This document shows positions 13,258-20,000 of a stretch of DNA of 20,000 nucleotides, in pieces; positions within the stretch are counted from its first letter, which is position 1, and each line of letters opens with the position of its first letter. Location: IMG/VR virus record IMGVR_UViG_3300030090_006645; one strand, written 5' to 3'. The notes beneath the pieces are model-generated. The model was not told the DNA's origin. It saw only the letters and a list, made by a program, of their open reading frames with translations, and ran no database searches. A program made the translations under genes and the position numbers. Source of the DNA: an uncultured virus (IMG/VR IMGVR_UViG_3300030090_006645) (lineage: Duplodnaviria; Heunggongvirae; Uroviricota; Caudoviricetes).

Positions 13258-15594
13258 TTATTGCTCTCCTTGAAAGTTAGCTTTTCCATCTTGATATTCC
13301 GGACAATCTTTAACATCTTCTTCAGTTAATAATGTGTATGATATATAGTCTCTTGCGTTTCCTGATGAAGCTTCCATAAGAGGTCTTAATAAGTTATTCA
13401 TTTCATGCATATCATTTTGACTTGCAAATACCTGACAACCCATTGACCAAGTTCCTACTTTACTACCTCTTTCTCTTCCAGTATTTCTTGCATTATCTGT
13501 CCACTTTCTTGTATTACTTGCTCCAATTGATTCAAAGCTTTTTAATAAGTTCTTACCTACAGAACCTCTATGTATATTATAACCTGTACCTTTACCTCTA
13601 TGCGTGCCTGTTCCTGATAAATCCCATACTGTATCACCGTCGTTATTTCTTATTACTGGTAAACCACCTTTATTATTATATCCTTGGGCTTGTCTTCCTC
13701 CAATATTCCACGGTTTATTTTTACCATCATATTTTCCTGAATTGTGGCCAGAATTTGTTCCCCACGATAATAAATATTGACCTGCCAAAAGAACACCAAC
13801 ACCTTTTGGTTGTTTCCCCTTCCAAAATTGGTCACCTTGTTTCTGTGCATCATGACCTGTTATTGTTGTTGCATCCCAAGGACCTCCTATAATAGGCTCT
13901 CCTGCAGGTTCACCGTTTTCATGAGGTTGATACCAAAGAAGTATTAAATCTGTAAATCTGTTTGTTGTTGCACCGTCTTCTCCTAATCGTCTTATTCCAA
14001 TTAAATTGTACATTGGGTCCCATGTATATCCTCTCTTATCGAATGCATCCATTAAGCAGTTTTCTTGTACTTCTTCATTTGGACGTTCTTCTGGTTCTTT
14101 TTCAAAATCATCAGATTTTTCTTGAGTCTGAGGTTTTATTGCAGGGCTATAATTTGAAGCAGCACCTATAGCACTTGTGTATGCTATATCTTGCTCAGGT
14201 AATATTAACCTTGTTGCAACTTTTGTTGTCCAATCTTTTTGGTCAATAGTATGTGACACATCAGATATCATAAATATATGACCTTTTGGTAGTATTTTAG
14301 CATCTATTATTTGGTCAACAGCAAATTGATGTCCCCAAGTTATACCTGATAAACCGTCAATTGTCATATCAAAACCAATAGGTATTGTTACAGCTTTATC
14401 TGTATAGTGGTCTTCTACATCCGTATCCATTGATGCCCAAAATGAATTCATTGTAGATTTTGCAGTATCAACAGATTCTTCTGTAATATCTTCAGATAAA
14501 TCTATTAAAGCATCTTTTAAGTCTCTCCAAGACACTGTTTCATCTGGACTTTCATTTTTTGTTTCTGAACAATTTACTGTATCTGCTAGTGCAGGCTTAG
14601 GACATGATTCTGCTATTTGTAGATTTTTTATTACTGTATCTGTAATTGTATTACCATATATTCTCCAAACTTTTTGAGATTTATTTGTTGCTTGTATTCC
14701 ATCTGGATTTGAATGACAACCCATCATAATTGAATGTTTTAGTGTATCATCTATATCTGTAGACATACCCCAATCTCTTGCTATAGAGTTTACAGTACCT
14801 ACATCAATTTTAGGTATTTTTTTAGATATATTTGTTGTATCTAAATCAACTACCATAAGTCTTGATACATCATCTGGATGTTCAACTAATTTAAGATTCC
14901 ATCTATCACCTCCACATTCATTAACACCTTCAGCAACCTTCATTACAAACTCGTTAATTGTTTCAGATTCGTTATAACACGTCCAAATAAAGTCTGTGTT
15001 TAGAAGTACTTGTCCTAATGTACCATCCCAAGTATCCCAGTTTTGCAAACCTGAAGCTTTTTCAATTCCATAATCTTTTGCTGTATAATCTAGCTTGTCA
15101 TCTCCTTTGTTTTTTCCTGAACCCCAATGTAAATATCCTGGAAATATACATACCCAAGGATTTGTCGAGCACCAAACTTTTCCAGCTTTATTAGGAAAAG
15201 GTAGTTTAGTATCACTACTATCTAATCTCCAAATAAACTTGTCGAAATAACCATCTTTTTGTACACCTATTGCTTCTCTAGCATCATCTTTATAATTTTC
15301 TCCTACCGTCGATAGTCCTGATGTAATACATATAGACTCAAACCATTCCCATGTTACATAATAATTAACAGTTGGAGCTCCAAAGAATACTCTAATTTTA
15401 TCCCATAAAGCCATTAACTGGTCTATAAAATCAGAAATACCTTGAGTGGCATCGTTAATCAGCTTACAAGCCCACATGAAGTCTGCAGTAAACCTTAAAG
15501 TAAATCCAACCCATCCACCGGTAATAGGATTTGTGAATCCAACATCTTCAGATACTGTCCATTTCCATTTATGACAATCGTTAATTAACGGCAA
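13258..15594 (-). CDS. Baseplate hub-like tail protein (C-terminal part) with a terminal YkuD/L,D-transpeptidase-like His/Cys domain
   Basis: TTG start with SD AAGGAG. Hub-like segment IPIGFDMTIDGLSGITWGHQF...FMISDVSHTIDQKDWTTKV. Final domain YNLIGIR...NRFTD...ATT...GQY...YNIHRG...WSMGCQVF. Confidence 0.6.
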   Translation of the reverse strand: MPLINDCHKWKWTVSEDVGFTNPITGGWVGFTLRFTADFMWACKLINDATQGISDFIDQLMALWDKIRVFFGAPTVNYYVTWEWFESICITSGLSTVGENYKDDAREAIGVQKDGYFDKFIWRLDSSDTKLPFPNKAGKVWCSTNPWVCIFPGYLHWGSGKNKGDDKLDYTAKDYGIEKASGLQNWDTWDGTLGQVLLNTDFIWTCYNESETINEFVMKVAEGVNECGGDRWNLKLVEHPDDVSRLMVVDLDTTNISKKIPKIDVGTVNSIARDWGMSTDIDDTLKHSIMMGCHSNPDGIQATNKSQKVWRIYGNTITDTVIKNLQIAESCPKPALADTVNCSETKNESPDETVSWRDLKDALIDLSEDITEESVDTAKSTMNSFWASMDTDVEDHYTDKAVTIPIGFDMTIDGLSGITWGHQFAVDQIIDAKILPKGHIFMISDVSHTIDQKDWTTKVATRLILPEQDIAYTSAIGAASNYSPAIKPQTQEKSDDFEKEPEERPNEEVQENCLMDAFDKRGYTWDPMYNLIGIRRLGEDGATTNRFTDLILLWYQPHENGEPAGEPIIGGPWDATTITGHDAQKQGDQFWKGKQPKGVGVLLAGQYLLSWGTNSGHNSGKYDGKNKPWNIGGRQAQGYNNKGGLPVIRNNDGDTVWDLSGTGTHRGKGTGYNIHRGSVGKNLLKSFESIGASNTRKWTDNARNTGRERGSKVGTWSMGCQVFASQNDMHEMNNLLRPLMEASSGNARDYISYTLLTEEDVKDCPEYQDGKANFQGEQ

Positions 15595-15609
15595 ATCACT
15601 TCTCCTTTA

Positions 15610-16443
15610 TTATATGTCTTTATCTTCATCATATTCTTGGTCATATTTAATTGACGTTCCAACTTTATTTCCATCTGAATCTTTCCATACTTTACCAGGT
15701 CCTTTTGACCTCATAAACGCTTCAGCTTGATTTTTCAATGCTTGTTTAACCCAGCCTCCTTTTGGAGATGAATTACTTTCACCACCACTTTGACAACCGC
15801 ATGATTTTGGAGTAGGCAGTTTTATCTCTCCTGCTACAAATGTTTTTGCAGGTGATTCCATTGTTATTGTACAGTCATACCCTTTACCATCTGCACCACC
15901 TCCAGCTGACTTTGACCAATCAAATTCAGATATAAGTCCAACAAGTCCATCACATGAACCATTTGATTTTACAACCCATTTTTTAATTTTAGCCTGTATT
16001 GTATGTAAAGACGTTCCAGAAACATCAGGTGAAGAACTTACAGATTTTCCACTACTTTGCATATTCCATCCCCATAATATTACAGCTGACATACCAGGAA
16101 TAAAAAAAGCTTGTTGAGCCTGCCTTAATTGTTGAGTATTATAAACTTTGAATTTTACTTTTGCTCTACGCATAGAACCTGCGGTTCCTGTTGTAGTTAT
16201 TTCTAAGCTTTCTAAAGAAGGTGCGGCAGCTATAATACCATCAACTTCTCTATACATATTTTCTGGTGTCCAAGAATTACTTTCACCGCTTATTTCACCT
16301 AGACCTGCAGATGAATTACTTATAAGTTTCATCCACGACCTTTTTTCGGCCTTCCACTTTGTCCAACCTCCTTGTTTACCTCTGGTTATAAAAACATCTT
16401 TTAACCAATCAGGTAATGCTATTCCATTAAACGGATTTGCCAT
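15610..16443 (-). CDS. Baseplate hub-like tail protein (N-terminal part)
   Basis: GSMRRAKVKFKVYN...FFIPGMSAVILWGWN...CDGLVGLISEFDWS...GYDCTITM resembles N-termini of large tail/hub proteins of big myoviruses. Directly follows the LysM gene. Confidence 0.55.
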   Translation of the reverse strand: MANPFNGIALPDWLKDVFITRGKQGGWTKWKAEKRSWMKLISNSSAGLGEISGESNSWTPENMYREVDGIIAAAPSLESLEITTTGTAGSMRRAKVKFKVYNTQQLRQAQQAFFIPGMSAVILWGWNMQSSGKSVSSSPDVSGTSLHTIQAKIKKWVVKSNGSCDGLVGLISEFDWSKSAGGGADGKGYDCTITMESPAKTFVAGEIKLPTPKSCGCQSGGESNSSPKGGWVKQALKNQAEAFMRSKGPGKVWKDSDGNKVGTSIKYDQEYDEDKDI

Positions 16444-16446
16444 TTT

Positions 16447-16770
16447 CTAAAACCTCTCATCAAAACTTTCATCTAAAGTTTGAGTTATATTACTTAATCT
16501 ATCTGGATGTGGTATTCTAATTTTTTTACCTGGCCTAACATATAAAGTACCTTTTCCTATATGATTTGCAGCTGCAATAATCCACCACAAACTTACATCT
16601 TTATAATATGCATAAGCGTATGTATCTAGTCTATCACCATCCCTTACCTCTATATAAATATCATCTATATGTCTTTCTATTTTAGGATGTATTATTGTAC
16701 CTCTAACTCGCTTGTCTCTATCGTTAAAGTTTTTTGTATTTTTCTGCTTGTTGTCTTCGTATCTTCTCAT
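16447..16770 (-). CDS. LysM / tail protein X-like baseplate protein
   Basis: YIEVRDGDRLDTYAYAYYKDVSLWWIIAAAN...VRPGKKIRIP is a LysM-like baseplate signature. Confidence 0.85.
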   Translation of the reverse strand: MRRYEDNKQKNTKNFNDRDKRVRGTIIHPKIERHIDDIYIEVRDGDRLDTYAYAYYKDVSLWWIIAAANHIGKGTLYVRPGKKIRIPHPDRLSNITQTLDESFDERF

Positions 16771-16781
16771 AATATATCCTT

Positions 16782-19675
16782 TTATTCTGTAGCTGGTTCT
16801 TCAATTATAGATTGTTTGAAGAATCTACCATTTGCGTTCCAAATACCACCATCATCATTTGCAAGGAATTTACCACCTAATGTAACAGAAAACAACATAG
16901 GTAATTCATGCTCTATTGTTTCAGCAGCTCCATCTCCATCCATCCAACCTTCTAATCTACCATGAGCTATATCCCAACCTCCTTCTTGGTTTATTGTATA
17001 ATCAAAGTCTGTTAATAATGTAGGTAATTCATCCCATAAATCACCTACTGTTATATAAGTTATATTACCTCCTGCAACTTGAGCAGATGTAATTGTTGGT
17101 GAAGCGTGTCTCATTATTGTATCTAGATTTTGGAAATTCTTTTTTAGCTCTTTTACTGTAAATGCAGGTACAGTAATTTTTAATGACCACGCACGTGATA
17201 TTTTATCGAATATATAAGAATCTGCTGGATTACCTGAATAACCTACTGTTGAATATGATGTAGATAATTTATCTGACATGTCTTCTATATAAGACCTTAA
17301 TTGTACTGGCGGTACATTTCCATCTTCTCTACCTAATATCACTCTTACAAAATCACCTTTCGACGGGTCTTCTTCACCTGTTAGATATGACATACCTGGA
17401 GTTGTTGCACCATAATCTGGCATACCACCTGCCCATCGTAAAATAAATGCCTTCCTTCCTTCATAAGTATTATAGTCATTATCTACTTCAAACATTGCTG
17501 AAGCTGAAGGTTCAAAATTTTGATTTCTAAAATCTCTGAATTTTTTAGGTGTTCTTCTAAAATGTGCTATATCATCGTATGACATAACATTAAATAAACC
17601 TGATACATTACCTGTTTTTGATGAAGCACCTATATCATCTAAACTATTTAACTCTTTTATATTTTCTTCAATATATCCTGGAGTTCCTTCTTCACCTCCC
17701 CAATATTTATCAAAATCTTCTCTTGCAAAAATTGGATGGCCTTCACCTTTATTATCCTCTGAGTATGTTTTTAGATGGCTTTCATCTCCTTTCATAGCCT
17801 CAGACCACTCTCCGCTAGCTAAAGCTTTAGCATAAGGCGTTTCCGGACTATAAGGCATGATTGTACCTTCACCTGTTACTACTTCTTGGCCAAAGAAAAC
17901 ATCAACACCTGAAGTATGCTTAAAAAATCTTGTTTGTCCTATTCCAAATAATGATTTAGGTCCCATCAAGCCTGATAGCATATCAATTTTAGAACCTGGT
18001 GTTTTCCCTACTCCTGCAATACCTGTACTCATTTCATCTAACATCAGTACTAATCTATTTTTTGAGCTATCAAGAGTGTCACCTTCATTATCTAAATCTG
18101 TTATAAGTTTTTCGTATTTGCTTCCTTCGCCATTAAATGGTCCAAGATAGTGTCTATCTATATGTATACCTAATGCGTTTGCTGGTACTTGTAAAGCAAA
18201 AGAAAGTGGATTAAATATTCTACCTCTATGTAAACCTAATTTCCATTCACTTCTAGGATTTGTTAATTGTAAACCAAATTGTTTTGCCATAAACAATAAG
18301 CCATCAGGACTTATTAAATATTTTCCAACTCTTATTGTATCTATAAGAGGTGATGTTATCATACCTATAGCACCATTTACTGGGTCTAATGAAGGTAAGA
18401 ATCCTGGAGAATCTGGATTTTTCTCACCATTACCTCTTTGCATACCTCGCTGTATAAAAGGTGATTCACCAAATAATGGAGCTCGTGGATTATTTCTTTT
18501 AGCTTCGTCTCGTAAATTTACAAATTTATTTTTTCCAACCTTCTTATATAAACCATCAACTAAATCTTTGTTACTTAATATATTTGCTCTTGGTATCAAT
18601 GCTGCAGCAGGTACGGAATTACCTCCTTGATTTATTTCATCTGGCAGCCTTCCTGTTGTTGCGTCTCTAACCATTGCAAATTTATCCATATATTTAGGAG
18701 CAGATACTCCCATAGATTCCGGACCTCCTAATCTAGTATGTGTCCATATAGAAGAACCTCCAGCTGGAGTTTGCTTGAACTCCATTTTATACATCATATT
18801 TCCAGGTGTACCTTCAATATGCATAAATCCGCTTTCGTTATTATTCATATGAGTTATCAGCTCTCCTTTGGAAGAGCCAAATATTTCTTTTCTATCCTTA
18901 TATTGCTTATTAACAATTAGCTCTAATAATGCTCCATCTTTACTTGGTGATAACTGGTCTATTTTATGCATTATACTAGTTCCAGTAAAAGGACCTCCGT
19001 GTGTATGGTCGCCTGAAGGTAATGGTTCTTTTGTTGTAAAGCTTGGAGGCACTATATCTTTAATTGGCTCTTGAGTTGTATGAGCAGGACCTTGTTCTGC
19101 TGGCTTTAATGGATTTTGTGTTGAATATTCTGGTGCACCAGCTCTAGGTTTCAAAGGTTCTTGTGTTGAATAATCAGGAGCTCCTGCTCTAGGTTTCAAA
19201 GGCTCTTGCATTGAATATTCTGGAGCACCAGCTCTAGGCTTTAGAGGCTCTTGCATTTTTTCTGTATGTGGTTTTCCTTCTGTTTTTTCTCCTAGCGTAG
19301 CTGTTGAAAATTCTGGACCTTTTATACCAAATGCTTTATCTTTTGGAGTATGAGCCTGACCTTCTAAGCTAAACGCTTTATCTCTTCCTTCAATATCAGG
19401 ACCTTTTATACTTGAAGCTTTATTTCTACCTTCAGCATCAGGCCCTGTTATTTTACTAGCTAATTTAGAAGCTTGATAATCAGGGTCAAAATTAAAAGGT
19501 TTTTGCGGTAATGGTGTTGGATAACTTACAGGTCTGTATACATCTTGCTGTATTGGTTTTATTGCAAAAGCACCTAGTGGATTCACACTTGTTCCAACAG
19601 GCTGTTTTCCTGCTGACCTATTTTTTAGGTNNNNNNNNNNAGGTATTCTTCTAGATTATTAAACTTAAATGCCAT
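16782..19675 (-). CDS. Large tail/baseplate-associated protein with N-terminal Pro/Gly-rich repeats and a C-terminal tube-initiator-like domain; true start probably 19675, across the N gap
   Basis: The ORF track gives 16782-19586. Collapsing the duplicated aggt on either side of the N10 gap gives in-frame MAFKFNNLEEYLKNRSAGKQPVGTSVNPLGA from ATG 19675. The C-terminal LRSYIEDMSD...GYSGN...YIFDKISRAWSLKITV...ITVGDL region resembles tail-tube-fold baseplate proteins. It lies between the tape-measure and LysM genes. Confidence 0.6.
19077..19256 (-). repeat. 45-nt (15-aa) coding tandem repeat: three near-perfect copies and one degenerate copy
   Basis: MQEPLKPRAGAPEYS / MQEPLKPRAGAPDYS / TQEPLKPRAGAPEYS / TQNPLKPAEQGPAHT. 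Confidence 0.92.
19305..19465 (-). repeat. Degenerate 42-nt (14-aa) coding repeat, about 4 copies
   Basis: LASKITGPDAEGRN / KASSIKGPDIEGRD / KAFSLEGQAHTPKD / KAFGIKGPEFS. Confidence 0.7.
19631..19640. other. Scaffold gap (N10)
   Basis: Ten Ns flanked by aggt on both sides. Confidence 0.98.
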
Positions 19676-19678
19676 ATA

Positions 19679-20000
19679 TTATGTCCCCACTGGTCCAGAT
19701 GCCATATTAACAACTTTACCAGCAACTTTACCATCAATTATTACTTTACCACCTTTTTTAAGTATTGATATCATTTCATCTAATTTTGCAACAACCTCAT
19801 TTTCACCTCCACCTTCGTCTTCACCGCCTTTAGCTCCAGCTGCTCCTTCCATATCTCCAATTAAACCTAATTGAGCAAGTTTTTCAACAACTGGTAATAA
19901 AGGTTTTATCAATAATAGTGCGCCTGCAAATGCTACAAGTCCAAGTGACATTGCAAAGAATCCAGGAGTTCCTAACAACATTGATACACCAGCAACTCCC
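19679..20000 (-). CDS. C-terminal end of a probable tape-measure protein (starts beyond the window)
   Basis: Frame stays open to the window edge. Ala/Gly/Leu-rich hydrophobic helices end in VVAKLDEMISILKKGGKVIIDGKVAG, typical of tape-measure C-termini. Lies upstream of baseplate genes. Confidence 0.65.
   Translation of the reverse strand, partial: GVAGVSMLLGTPGFFAMSLGLVAFAGALLLIKPLLPVVEKLAQLGLIGDMEGAAGAKGGEDEGGGENEVVAKLDEMISILKKGGKVIIDGKVAGKVVNMASGPVGT

Noticed and set aside
218..19074. All plus-strand ORFs in the track, and the nested minus-strand ORFs 2964-3161 and 13653-13853
   Set aside because: They are shadows of well-supported minus-strand genes, with biased composition, no recognisable motifs and no obvious RBS.
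19077..19256. CRISPR array
   Set aside because: Units are contiguous in-frame 45-mers without unique spacers, and no cas genes are present.
1..20000. Stop-codon reassignment (alternative genetic code)
   Set aside because: Recognisable genes are intact in the standard code and end at plausible TAA, TAG or TGA codons. The single in-frame break is a double TAA.

Overview
AT-rich window in which every supported gene lies on the minus strand. It reads as part of a large T4-like (myovirus-type) phage genome. The host is probably Bacteroidota/Flavobacteria, inferred from a DUF4494-like gene, an Hc1 histone-like gene and a protein with a T9SS-like C-terminus. In transcription order (right to left): end of a tape-measure-like gene; tail/baseplate module (repeat-containing protein interrupted by a 10-N gap, LysM/tail-X-like protein, hub-like protein split in frame into two ORFs, ending in a His/Cys YkuD-like domain); minimal family A DNA polymerase; nuclease-like protein; UvsE; Hc1-like protein (missed by the ORF track); gp32-like SSB; RecA/UvsX; small genes; phage ribosomal protein bS21; Hsp20; 5'-3' exonuclease; gp41/DnaB-like helicase; and the N-terminal part of a class II ribonucleotide reductase (missed by the ORF track). 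The most unusual signals are non-coding. (1) A ~225-240 nt tRNA-Leu-like RNA after recA keeps the acceptor stem, D-stem and T-arm but has extra hairpins in the D-loop, anticodon arm and variable region. (2) An 18-bp inverted repeat brackets hsp20, so the mRNA 5' end can pair with its 3' end just before a U-tract. (3) Translation initiation falls into three classes around a phage bS21: apparently leaderless genes, an SD-less bS21 gene, and many strong AGGAG-led genes. All protein calls come from motif recognition by eye; no database search was run.
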